A program made the position numbers and the translations under genes. From Octopus vulgaris (Eukaryota): DNA of 64,000 nt. The notes beneath the pieces were generated by a model. That model saw only the letters and a list, made by a program, of their open reading frames with translations. It searched no databases and was not told the DNA's origin. The stretch lies in NCBI GenBank assembly GCA_951406725.2, contig OX597821.1, forward strand, positions 103,416,001 through 103,480,000, written 5' to 3'. Below, one piece after another: positions 51,767-64,000 of this stretch. Numbering within the stretch: position 1 is the first letter of the stretch; every line of letters begins with the position of its first letter.

Positions 51767-54135
51767 TGTGTGTGTGTATGTATGTGTGTGTGCCCATGTG
51801 TGTACACTCACGCTCGCATGCACATACGTGCTTTTCTGTCCTTGATAGGGAGCAAGCGTCTTTGAAAGATCGAAGCCGGACGTGGAACAGAGGCGGTTGT
51901 GTGCGATTTAAATTACTAAAATGCTAAGAATAGACAAGACAATTTGTGCTTGCGTAGGATAACAGTTGAAATTATTGCCCATACTCCCATTATTTACGTA
52001 AAACAAACAAACAAGCAATTAACCAGACAACGAATGCAAAGCCACTTCATGCCAAGCAATATAAATACCATTCCCATTTAATAATGTATCAATTTAATGA
52101 TTGTAGCTAATTAAATCCACAAAATATGAAATATTAATTTTCATTATAAACTAGATAAAGGGGTGTATATATAAGTGTTTGTCTTATGGCATTACCAATT
52201 CTTATGTCTGGTGACGTCAACATGTCTGGAGATATTTCACATAAAACATGACATTTAACCAACTTATTTGGCAGTTAATAAATCGTTTATAAGAGCAAAT
52301 TGAGGGAAAAAAAAACAAATAAAACCTTGCCGAGAAAATTTCAAACTACGGTAAAAAGCGGTCAAACCACATATTACATCTATATTTTGTTACTATTTTT
52401 AAATCAGTAGTTCCCAAACAGTTTTGTGCTGCCACCCCCTTGGAACCCGGGCCACATTTCTCGTGCCCTTACACAACCCACAACTACCAATGTTGGCCAT
52501 TTTCTGCAGGAAATTCAAAACAACTGTATTTCACAAATAAAAGTTACACCGATTAACCCATTATTTTGTTTGCTTTTACATCCATTACCCCATTTTCGCC
52601 ATCCTATTAGAGAATTGGATGCATGAATGACTCAGGGTGACGTTTCAGGTCGACCACAAAATAATAGGAAGTGTCACGATTTGAGATTTCCACAAAGCTA
52701 TTTTTTTTTTCCAAATAATTATCAGTCACAAGTTTTTATATTGCCCGGATCCTGACAGTGTGACGGAAGTCACTTACATAAGGTGCCAGAGAGTAATATT
52801 AACACCGAAAGCGTAAAGTTAATAATTTCTTGGCCACACAAGTATGTTTGTGTCCATAACTATGCATGCAAACTTAGTCATTCCTGCATTTCATGGCGTC
52901 AAGGGCGTATCAGATTTTATATTCTTCAAGAAGTCTATTCGCTAATTGATTGGTGATCTTCGACTTTACACCCTCCCTCGGTAATTGATTTAAATCTATA
53001 TGTATTCTGTTTGAGACGGCTATATGTATGCGTGTATATGTATGTGAGCATGCTTGTGTTGGTGGGTGGAAGCGCATGTGTGTTTGTGTATGTGCGTGTG
53101 TGTGTGTCTTGTTAACTTGTTGCCTCATTTCTTAAATAATTTATATGATTGGCCGGTCTCTGGTTGCAACTGGTAGACTTCCAAGATATCGTCTTTGTTC
53201 AAATTGACTTTTCATGTTATCTTATAATCGTATATCCTATCTCGTTCTTCTTCGTTCTTTTTTTTTTCTCATTAATTAGTCGGAACAGAAGAGGCAGAAT
53301 ACATTTACTTTCAAAGCCACTTTTCTGTGAGCTGACATTGATGTGTATGATCAATTTAAACGTCTGTGGTTTAATATCGAAGCGATTATTTGGTATGCTC
53401 ATTCCCGTCCCTGCTCTGTGAGTTCAAATCCGACCAACGTCAGCGTAAATTTTCATCTTATCGAGGCCAATAAATTAAAGACCTGTACTGGTGTCAGCTA
53501 CTCTCTGTCTCTCTAGATCAGTGGTCCTCGACCAGGATCAAAATGGCCCTTGGGTATTTATATAAAATTTTGTTAAAGATTAAATGAAATAAGTTGGTTA
53601 TACATCTACAAACCATAAACAATTTTAACAATTTTATAACAATTCTTTATAAAATTTATTAAAAAAAATATAATAGTGCTTCTTTTTAACATGAGGATTC
53701 TAGTAGATTTAAATCGGAATTAAAGAAGTCCATAAGCAAAGAAAGATCGAGGGTCGCTCCTCTAGAAGAAAACGAAGGTGAGAACGAACAAGACGAAAGA
53801 GGCGAAGATGACGAAGAAGAAATCACATGTGTTCAGACATGGAAAGAGTTCAAAATGACGAACTGGCCAATGCATGAGACAGCAACGCTCTTTATGACTC
53901 GATGGAGAATCTAGGGACCAAGGAAAGTTTAACAACTGTATGAAACAGATCAAAGAGAGTCCTTATGCGGTTGCTAATCCATTAGACATAACATCCTTCA
54001 AATTATAACCGTACCTGTTAAAAAACCAAAAGCCATAGTGATTGACATAGCGCTAGATACATAATGTCCATAATATCTCAAAAGAAGGGATGGTCATAGC
54101 AGGAATGCCTTTGATCATTCTAATTTTGGCACAAA

Positions 54136-54396
<261 letters not shown>

Positions 54397-54874
54397 CCCT
54401 TTCTGCGCTTTTAGTTAATTTCTCATCCCTGCCAATATTACATTCCTCATTTCTGGATAAATGAAATACCATCAGACTAGATTCTTCCTCTCTAATTCTC
54501 CTTTTATCTCATGAGAGTGTAAGAAACTACGTGCAGACTAAGAGAGTGATGGGTTGCGTTAGATTTAAATTTCTTAAGATTCACTGTATGTAAGGATTGC
54601 GTTTTTATAGATCCATCTAGGGACGAGAGCTCGAAGCCAGGAGAGTTTCGTGTGGTAATATATTAAAACTGAATCGAATTTATCGTATGTTTTCTTGTAG
54701 AATCTTTTCTGTTTGTAGATTTATGAAGGGGTGAGACAATTTGTCCCATTAGGGTGATTTTATTGTTGTCATTGAGCCTTCAGTCGGACCTAAACGAAGA
54801 GACGTGACAAAAGGCATTCTGCGCATGACCATTTTAGCTTTTCTACATCAAGGAGTATGTTTTCTGATAGTCTT

Positions 54875-55082
54875 TCTACCATGGTCACAATGCCAGAAAT
54901 TTAGTGGGAGGGAGTTAGTCGATTACATCGACCCCAGTACTCGACTGGTACTTATTTTATCGAATCCGAAAGGATGAAAGGTAAAGTCGACCTCAGTGGA
55001 ATTTGAACTCAGAAGGTAAAGACGAACGAAAAGCCGCTAAACATTGCCCTGTGTGCTAACAATTCTGTCTGTTCGCCGCCTT
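54875..55082 (-). mobile_element. family C SINE
   Basis: GTCGATTACATCGACCCCAGTACTCGACTGGTACTTATTTTATCG...GTTCGCCGCCTT. Confidence 0.85.
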
Positions 55083-55136
55083 CCCTCTGTTATGTTTCAA
55101 TCAATTGTGGAATGTGAACAATACATTTTCTAATAG

Positions 55137-55322
55137 AGTAATCCCTCGCCATACCGCGGTTCACCTATCGCGGTGTTGTTTTGCATTTATAATAAAATAA
55201 ATATATACAAATTATAAAAATAATTTTAAAAATAAGCAGTTCAGTACTGTTTCTACTTTGCGAATTTTCACATATCGCGGGGCGTTTTGAAACGTAACAC
55301 CCGCGATAGTCAAGGGTTTACT
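55137..55322. mobile_element. Tigger/pogo-type MITE, second copy
   Basis: AGTAATCCCTCGCC...CAAGGGTTTACT; reverse-complement homolog of 10566-10849 with only one internal 14-mer. Confidence 0.8.
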
Positions 55323-55342
55323 TCATAACATTTATTAATATG

Positions 55343-55545
55343 CTTTCAAATTTTGACACAAGGCCAGAAATTTTGGTGGAGAGTCTAAGTCGATTATACC
55401 GGCTCCAGTGTTTGAACAGGTACATGTTTTATCGTCCCCGAAAGGATGAATAGCAAAGTCGACCCAGACAGCATTTGAACACAGAACATACAGACGGACA
55501 AAATACCGACAAGTATTTTGCCCGACCTACTAACGATTCAACCAT
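55343..55545 (-). mobile_element. family C SINE
   Basis: TTTCAAATTTTGACACAAGGCCAG...CCCCGAAAGGATGAATAGCAAAGTCGAC. Confidence 0.78.
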
Positions 55546-56575
55546 CTTTTATAACATCTATTAATATAACTGGTGATCACTCTCTATCTGTCTCTGTCTC
55601 CCCCCCCACCCTCTGTCTGTCTCTGTTTTGAGGTTCCCATAAAGGAGATAAATGGCCGTATTGAATTTATCATGCCTGGTGATTTTCAGAAAATATTTAT
55701 ACATCGAAAATTGATATTCACTGCGTGATTTGCTATAGACAACACAAAATTATGTTTAAAAAGTAGAATTATAGCTAGCAATTGTATCTCTGTTGCTGTA
55801 CCTGTTATCACCCACGGTGGCAAAATATAGATTCACAACACCCTAGTTGGGTAACAATCACGATCTTGCTAAAACATGGAGTGCGATTTCAGCGAGTTTT
55901 TGAGCTATGTCTAGCATGTCGAACGACCTGGGAGGGACGCATTCTTTGGCCCGGATAACACTCGATGCAAAGGAACTTACCCTATGGCTAATCTGGTGTA
56001 TAAGTTGTTAGCAATATATTAGGAGATTAATGTTTAAAGTAAGACGACACCAAATGTATACACATTATGGATACTGGAGAGACAAGTCGATGTACGTTAT
56101 GACAGAAAATAGTGTAGGAAGCCTTCGATGAAATAGACGGATCTATCGAACAGATAAATACACTAATTTGGTAAGAGAACTTAATGCATTACTATCATAT
56201 GGAGAGTTGGTACACTGCTCGCTAGTGCAACAGAATAGTTTTTAATAGTAGTAGTAGTTGTAGTAGTGGTGGTGGTAGTGTAAATGGTGTATGTCTTGTA
56301 TTGATTTTCTTTCACAATGATAGATAATGTTGCCACGTATTCCCCATTATCACTAACGCATTTCGTGTGTCAAAGAAAGCTGAATATAACCTCCTGAGAC
56401 ATAGCCTCCGTGGAACAAAATATTTGACACGCATATATACAACATAGAGATTGCAGACAGCTAAATATATCTATACACACAGGCGTTTGTGTTTGAATTA
56501 TCACATACATATTATACATACATACATGCATACATATACACATACACATTCACATATTATATATACATACATATG

Positions 56576-56617
<42 letters not shown>

Positions 56618-57680
56618 TATATATATATATACATGTATACTTACATATATGTAGATACACATACATACATGTATACGTACATATACATTTAGATATAATT
56701 ATAAATGTATATGTAGATACACACAAATTCACACACACACACATATATCTATACATATACACATATACATTCATATACATTCCCATATTATATATACATA
56801 CATATATATACATATATATATACACACATATATATGTATATATATACACATATACTTACATATATATAGATACACATACATATATGTATAAGACCATATG
56901 CATTTAGATATAGTTATAAATATATATATAGATACAAACTCATTCACACGTACACTTATACACACACATATATGCATACATATATACAGACAGACGTGTA
57001 CAAACATTACACAAATCATCACTCATAAGTACGTGTACACAAGTAATTACAAATACGATACAAGCCTAACAGCGCAGTGGTCGTTGAGTGCTAAATATAT
57101 CAATAACTAATGGTTTCTAGGTTAAGTAAAGGAACATTCTGTTTTGTATGTCGTATCTTTTAATGGATACCAAACATGTTCATCATATACATAAGCGGTG
57201 AGCAGAATCAATTGCAACAAATCGATGCAAATGCAATTTGTGTCCTGCAACGTTAGCAACATGGAATTGAAATCTGAGACACTTAACCACTAACGGCTAA
57301 GTTTAAGTTGGACTAAACGACGGCAAAGTAAGGGCTGCCTAACTATTACAGATTAATTCCAGGCTTGTGGACTTGTGAAAAATTGACCACAGCACTCGAT
57401 TCTTAGGGGACGTACACAAACCGACACCGGTTGTTAAGTTATTTGCGGGTCAAACCCAGACATACATGTGCACGTACATTAACATTATATGTACTCTAAT
57501 AGCGAACAGTGAGAAGGAGTACTCAACATCAGAGACGAGTACCAGTACTTCCATGTGACACGCTCGACTAATTATGAAGATCTCTACATAGAACCATTGG
57601 TGGACTTGTTAACCCAAAAAGAAAAGTGTACGCATGTATATATACATACATATATATGTATGTATATATATATATACATA

Positions 57681-57869
57681 TTTATGTTTATGTTTTCCAG
57701 TTTCAGCTCTTGAGCTGTGGCCATGCTGGGGCACCGCCATTTAAACAATGTGCTATGCTTACTGCACCTAGGTTTCCCAAGCGGTCACCCATCTAAGTAC
57801 TGACTAGGCTCGACGTTGCTTAACTTCGGTGATCAGACGAGAACCGGTGCTTTCAACGTGATATGGCCG
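57681..57869 (-). mobile_element. candidate 5S-derived SINE (SINE3) with a LINE-type tail
   Basis: The 5S is followed by GGCGGTGCCCCAGCATGGCCACAGCTCAAGAGCTGAAACTGGAAAACATAAACATAAA, homologous to the family B SINE tail; embedded in (TA)n. Confidence 0.7.
57756..57869 (-). rRNA. 5S rRNA-derived sequence lacking the first ~5 nt; probably a retrocopy or SINE head rather than a functional gene
   Basis: Minus strand reads CGGCCATATCACGTTGAAAGCACCGGTTCTCGTCTGATCACCGAAGTTAAGCAACGTCGAGCCTAGTCAGTACTTAGATGGGTGACCGCTTGGGAAACCTAGGTGCAGTAAGCA, which is metazoan 5S from about position 6. Single copy with no oligo-T terminator. Confidence 0.92.
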
Positions 57870-57871
57870 AC

Positions 57872-57916
<45 letters not shown>

Positions 57917-57931
57917 TATATACATATATAT

Positions 57932-58004
<73 letters not shown>

Positions 58005-58013
58005 CATATATAC

Positions 58014-58062
<49 letters not shown>

Positions 58063-58095
58063 CATATACATACATACATACATACATAGATATAC

Positions 58096-58137
<42 letters not shown>

Positions 58138-58648
58138 GCACACACACATATATATCATGTATTATATAAAATTCGGTGGATCTGCTCCAAGATGCAGTGC
58201 TTATGATGTCGTTGCAGGCTCTTGTAGGCCATTGAAGATGATGACTATGTTTCTTATTAAGGCTTTGTAAATCAATACTGAAGCGATAGACATCACCAAA
58301 ACGAAAATCCAGGCGGCCGCCTGTCTGGGGAGAGAAAACTTGGCATAGAGATCATGCCAAAACATGGATTGTTAAGATAAGAGAGATGTGATGTTTGAGT
58401 AGAGGCTGCATGAGCCCAGCTAGCTCGGAGGAGTAAAATTTATAGTATTTGATGAAGAAGCATTTTTCAGGATACTTTCAGGGATTCAATATGTCACCTA
58501 TATATCATCTAAGTTTCTATCACAGAACCTGCATCCGTGTCGCAATAAAATGTCTGCGGCAACAGAAGAATATCTTTAACATTACGAACCACAAAATCCT
58601 TCTCTGGATCAAAATAATTTATCGTTGCTAAATGCGGAAACACAGTTT

Positions 58649-58670
<22 letters not shown>

Positions 58671-58680
<10 letters not shown>

Positions 58681-58976
58681 TTAGAGACAAAACCACTATT
58701 TTGCAAAACAAACAAGGAAAGACTTAATCAATACATAAAATTTTAATAAAAAGTCAAAAAAACCGCCACTACAATTGTTTCTTGTCTTGATCGACAATCT
58801 TCAGGTGGACTTCCAATAAGTCAGTTTCAAATTTGAAACTGACTTATTGGAAGTCCACCTATCAAGACAAGAACAATTGTAGTGGCTTTTTTTGACTTTT
58901 ATTAAAATTTTATGTATTGATTAAGTCTTTCCTTGTTTGTTTTGCAAAATATGGTTTTGTCTCTAATAATATTATA
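58671..58976. repeat. ~300 bp fold-back palindrome (PLE-terminus-like)
   Basis: Centre GTTTCAAA|TTTGAAAC at 58831/58832 with no spacer. The arms are reverse complements apart from small deletions in the right arm. Confidence 0.95.
58766..58808 (-). ncRNA. minimal type I hammerhead ribozyme (PLE-type)
   Basis: ccac CTGAAGA ttgtc gatcaa gacaa GAAA caattg TA gtgg. Canonical core, stem I ccac/gtgg, stem II ttgtc/gacaa, palindromic CAATTG stem III, GUA triplet. Confidence 0.82.
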
Positions 58977-59052
58977 TAATATTTTACTATAAAATTGGAT
59001 TTAATCCTAAATTTGATTTTTTCCCTGTAAATTTGGATTTATTCCTAATATT

Positions 59053-59090
<38 letters not shown>

Positions 59091-59120
59091 GCAACTGTTT
59101 ATTGAACTGTATATGCAACT

Positions 59121-59179
<59 letters not shown>

Positions 59180-59553
59180 GCAACTGTTTATTGAAGTGAA
59201 TTATTATAATGGCGCTAAAATTGTTTTACTGATAAAGCAAATGAGTTATTTGTGAATTAGACGTCTGGGCCGTTGACAAAACATAGCTCAGGACATGATA
59301 AAGTCAGTGTATCTCTCTGGTGAATATTAAACTCTATTACAACGGTATCATCTGTCACATACATAATTTCAACAAGATTCTAAATTGAATTAAGTGAAGA
59401 TATATTTACGAGAGCATCAAGCTACAGAAACAAATCTCATATACACAAATGTAAATGTAAAACAATACACGAATATTTGTATATGCATACATACATACAT
59501 ACATACATACATACATACATACATACACACGCATACATACATACATACATACA

Positions 59554-59588
<35 letters not shown>

Positions 59589-59926
59589 CTGTATATGTGG
59601 GTGGGTGTACATTAATGGTTGCATTTAGATCGGATTACCATTTCTCATTAAACTGCTACGAAAGGTAGCATGTTGAAACTTGGAAATTGTATTCAGTATT
59701 CTTGTGAAACTATAATTCAGCAAGCATATGGAAGAATATACACAGTCATATCAAAAACAATACAAACGCATATATGTGTATATATTAATACGCAGTCGAA
59801 CATATAATTGCATATGTACATAAAAAGAAAGGTAACTAGAGCAAATTTTGCATATAGACATAAGCAAAACGATAAAATGCACAACGTTTATTCAGCTAAC
59901 CGCGCTCTCTCTCTCTCTCTCTGTCG

Positions 59927-60013
<87 letters not shown>

Positions 60014-60049
60014 ATAAATACATATATATATATATATACATATATATTA

Positions 60050-60140
60050 TGGTTCAGTGGCTAGAGCGTTGGGGTCACAATCATGAGATAGTGATTTCTA
60101 TTCCCGGATCTGGGTGTGTGTGTTATGTTCTTGGGCAAGG
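60050..60140 (+). mobile_element. decayed tRNA-derived SINE head (family D-like)
   Basis: TGGTTCAGTGGCTAGAGCG...GATTTCTATTCCCGGA...GTTCTTGGGCAAGG. Confidence 0.6.
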
Positions 60141-60225
60141 GTAAAGAAGGGAAGGCTTACCGTTTTCTGCCCTTGATCGCTAACCGCAAAACCTTTTAAT
60201 TTTCTCTCTGTTTATTTCTGCATTC

Positions 60226-60261
60226 CTTTCTGTTGAAGAGCGTAGGCTCGAAACGTCAAAG
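60226..60261 (+). ncRNA. minimal hammerhead-like motif (CUGUUGA core) in a short dispersed element (~60145-60360)
   Basis: cttt CTGTTGA a gagc gtag gctc GAAA cg TC aaag, with a GUC triplet. Confidence 0.58.
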
Positions 60262-60393
60262 ACTTTCTCACTTTTCGAGCATTAAACTAATACATCTGCT
60301 TGTTGTTTTCACACCCGTCCTCGTCTTTTGCTTTGTTTGTATTTTTTATTAAATTCCAATTATATATATATGCTTACATATATATATATATTA

Positions 60394-60470
<77 letters not shown>

Positions 60471-61386
60471 TATATAAATATATATACATGATAACATATG
60501 ATATGTATGATACATACACACATACACACACACGCTGTCAGTCTTTCTTATATATAAGGTGTATGTGTGTGTGCGAGAGAGAGAGAAAGGCGTTTACATA
60601 TATAACAATCAGTATCTAATATATACATTCACACACGATCTTATATAATATAGCAATGCCTATATAAATACGAGAATGAACATAATATTTATATACAGAA
60701 GTATACAGATAATATATTAAACAAATAAATGTGCGGATCTCAAAAACACACACGGAGCGAAGCCAAAAGAGAGAAAAAACAAACCAATGGAATAAAGCAT
60801 ATGTATATATATATATATCATATGAATAACATGCGCTCGTACACACATATGTCAGTATAAGCGCCATATTTGAACACATGTACACGTAATGTTCTTATCA
60901 GAACTAAACACACAAGGTGTAAAACGGGAAAGAAACATATTGTGTTTTTCAACATCAAAGTAAATTGTGATATTACTTTGAGTTACAAAGGAGATTTATG
61001 TAAGAGGTCATAATCTGAAAGAACAGATTACAAGATCAACGTGCGAGTTCGCTGCAAAAGGATTATGGGTAAATCAAGGTGCGAATGACAAATGCAACAG
61101 GCTGAACTGTTTCTTTGCAGATGGTGTTATGAAATGTGCGAAATAAAAAGATCAATCAAAGAAATATGACTGAATCATATCATTTCGTTGTGTGCGTTTG
61201 TGTGTTTGTGAGTGTGCGTGTGCGTGTGTGCGTGCGCGCGTGTTTGTATTCTCACATACATACATATAATACAAGACGTGTTCATTATTTGTATCACGGT
61301 ATATATAAATTCATATATGAAGTGAATATAAAAACACACGAATATAAATATATATACACATATTTGTATATACGTACTTATGTATG

Positions 61387-61527
<141 letters not shown>

Positions 61528-62107
61528 TTACATACATGAATGTGTGAATATGGAAACATGAAACAGTATTCAATAATTTCGGTCCCGAAAGAGGAAAAGC
61601 CAAATTGAATGTGTCGGGATTTGATCACAGAACATAAAGTACTAAAAAGGTCAAATACCACAAATCTATTTTGCACCAAGCATTCATGGCTTTGCTCATA
61701 CACAACTTACTCACACACACTCACACATATACCCACATATATACACATAAACACGCACATCTATATTTCCGTATATGTATGCCGCCCCACAACACGCGCA
61801 CATATATATAGCAAGTATAGATTTGTGTGTATATGCAGAAATACGCATGTGCACTCTCTCACTCACTCACTCTCTCTCTCACTCTTTCTCATTCACGCTC
61901 TCTCTCTCTCTGTCTCTCATACACATACCAATATAGACATATATACATATAAACATATGTATATTTATATATACACATTCGTACACACAAAAACAGGTAT
62001 AGTAATACAGACACACACATATATGTATACACACGCGCACACACGCATGCACACATGCACACACAAACATATATATTTAGACATATATATATATATTTAT
62101 ATATATT

Positions 62108-62149
<42 letters not shown>

Positions 62150-62187
62150 CATATACATATAAAATACATATATATATATACATATAT

Positions 62188-62218
<31 letters not shown>

Positions 62219-62241
62219 TACATACATACATACATACATAG

Positions 62242-62311
<70 letters not shown>

Positions 62312-62619
62312 ATATATGTCACTGACGTGTATGAATGGCCGTTGAAATATATACGTGTGCTTAATCAAACTTACGTCATGTGTGCAAATGGAAGGAAACA
62401 GAAACTTGAAATTGATATATTACGAAGTCGTTTGATTTGCTGTCACAATGATGTTGTTTGACTTTCTGGCCAATCGTTGCGTGTTTCTGATTTCTTTTAA
62501 CTTGGAGGAAGCAGAATATATTTATTAATACCAAGTAAACCATATATGAATCAAGAAAGTTCTCGGATTTCAATGGATAAATGAGTGTATGGTATATTTT
62601 GTATGTATATAAGTATATA

Positions 62620-62668
<49 letters not shown>

Positions 62669-62804
62669 TATATATATATATGGGGGTGTGTGTGATTGTG
62701 TATAGAAGAATATATTAATAAAAAGAATTCCAACATCTTATAATATATCATTATAAGATTGTAAATAAAACGTGAAAATCAGACAAGGTTGGAATTCTTT
62801 TTTA

Positions 62805-62879
<75 letters not shown>

Positions 62880-62968
62880 AATTGCATGTGTGTGTGTGTA
62901 TCGGCAAAGTGTGTACAGAATGAATGTATTGGGTTGACGTTCAGTTTAAAATTGGAAAAAAAAATGAG

Positions 62969-63003
62969 GTGTGACGTTTCAAGCATGGCTCTTCGTCAGA
63001 AAG
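62969..63003 (-). ncRNA. hammerhead-like motif with canonical core but disrupted stem I
   Basis: Minus strand reads cttt CTGACGA a gagc cat gctt GAAA cg TC acac. Confidence 0.5.
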
Positions 63004-63239
63004 AAGAAAGAGGAAACGGCCGGAGTGAAGGAAAAGACAAGTGGGAGCAAAGCGCGTGTGTGGTCGCACGGCTGAAGTGGCCGGAAGTGGAAAGGGGTGT
63101 GTGTTTTTATACATACATGTGTATATATGTGTGTGTCGTTTACTATTCTGCCTTGCATTAATCTTAATCCAAAAGCTCAATTAGACCTGCAGATACATGC
63201 GAAAGGGAACACATACATAATTTCAGCGGTATACTTAGA

Positions 63240-63276
<37 letters not shown>

Positions 63277-63503
63277 ATGTGGAGTCCCATTTGTAGAAAA
63301 TAGAAATAAATAGTCTATGACTGCTATTTCTAATTTTTTCGGTATGCAGCTAAGCAACCTGTTGCCTGCCTCTTTTCTTTATATACAATATATATATACT
63401 GAACTTTATAGAAATTCCTACCGTTAATGGTTATATTTACATGCCGAAATCTACCAGTAAATAATTGTTGGTTTTTTAAAAACCATTCAAGAAATTATTT
63501 ACT

Positions 63504-63540
<37 letters not shown>

Positions 63541-63811
63541 GTATATATAAGACATACACAAAATGCTTAATGAACCAAAGACAGAACCTTTATTTACTTG
63601 GTTCTTGGTTGGTCAACTCGTTAGGCGTAGCAGCCAATCTCCCTCAAGCCTTGGACAGGTTTGGCTGCTACTTTTGGCGAGTCGAAACTTTGGACGCGTA
63701 GACGTCGTCTGTTGTAGCTAAGAATGATTAAGCGATGTTTGTCTTAAATATCAATGTTCATATTCCGACTCGGGGATAACAACAAAAGCAGCAGCAGCAG
63801 CAGCAGCAGCA

Positions 63812-64000
63812 GTAGGCGCAATGGCCCAGTGTTTAGGGCTGCGGACTCGTGGTCGCAAGGACGTGGTTTCGATTCCCAGACTGAGCATTGTGAGTCTTTA
63901 TTGAGCAAAAGCACCGAAGCTCCACGAGTCTCCGGCGAGTGGGGGGGGGTTAATGAACCCCGCTGTACTCTTTCACTACAACTCTCTCTCACTCTTTCTT
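63812..64000 (+). mobile_element. family A SINE, cut by window edge
   Basis: GTAGGCGCAATGGCCCAGTGTTTAGGGCTGCGGACTCGTGGTC...GGTTTCGATTCCCAGAC. Confidence 0.85.

Noticed and set aside
52406-52450. hAT-like end CAGTAGTTCCCAAAC (and AAAAGGTTGAGAAACATTG at ~17160)
   Set aside because: No partner terminus or 8-bp TSD could be confirmed.
52635-52656. Minus-strand GAAACGTC half-hammerhead
   Set aside because: No CUGANGA core upstream.
57756-57869. Functional 5S rRNA gene
   Set aside because: The 5' ~5 nt are replaced by microsatellite so helix I cannot fully form, there is no terminator or tandem array, and a SINE tail is attached.
56040-58440. Possible RTE C-terminal relics at ~56040-56220 and ~58170-58440
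   Set aside because: Motif similarity is too weak to assert without an alignment.

Overview
AT-rich, microsatellite-saturated eukaryotic DNA with no intact protein-coding gene. Almost all of the six-frame ORF track is translated (TA)n, (CA)n, (ATT)n or (ATCT)n. The repeat landscape strongly suggests an octopus (octopod cephalopod) genome, but that is my recognition and was not confirmed by a search. The window holds dozens of tRNA-derived SINEs from at least four families, a Dong/R4-type non-LTR retrotransposon fragment, a decayed Penelope-like element (PLE) with a GIY-YIG relic, an RTE relic, Tigger, Tc1-mariner and piggyBac-type MITEs, and a Helentron-type non-autonomous element. An ~11.5 kb block (22754-34245) is repeated immediately after a 100-N gap (34346-45881) and is most likely a haplotype false duplication. 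The most notable signals are RNA-level. (1) Eight minimal hammerhead-ribozyme-like motifs with covarying stems sit in short elements lodged in or beside (TA)n tracts, and four of them share a non-canonical CUGU core. (2) One of these hammerheads lies downstream of a tRNA-derived Pol III head, giving a candidate hammerhead-bearing, PLE-dependent SINE. (3) A ~300 bp palindrome with no spacer at its centre carries one intact and one deleted hammerhead. (4) A 5S rRNA copy is fused to the 3' tail of a resident tRNA-SINE with a compensatory stem-loop, giving a candidate SINE3. One plausible coding exon (LamG/pentraxin-like, 22324-22446) suggests the window may be mostly intronic.
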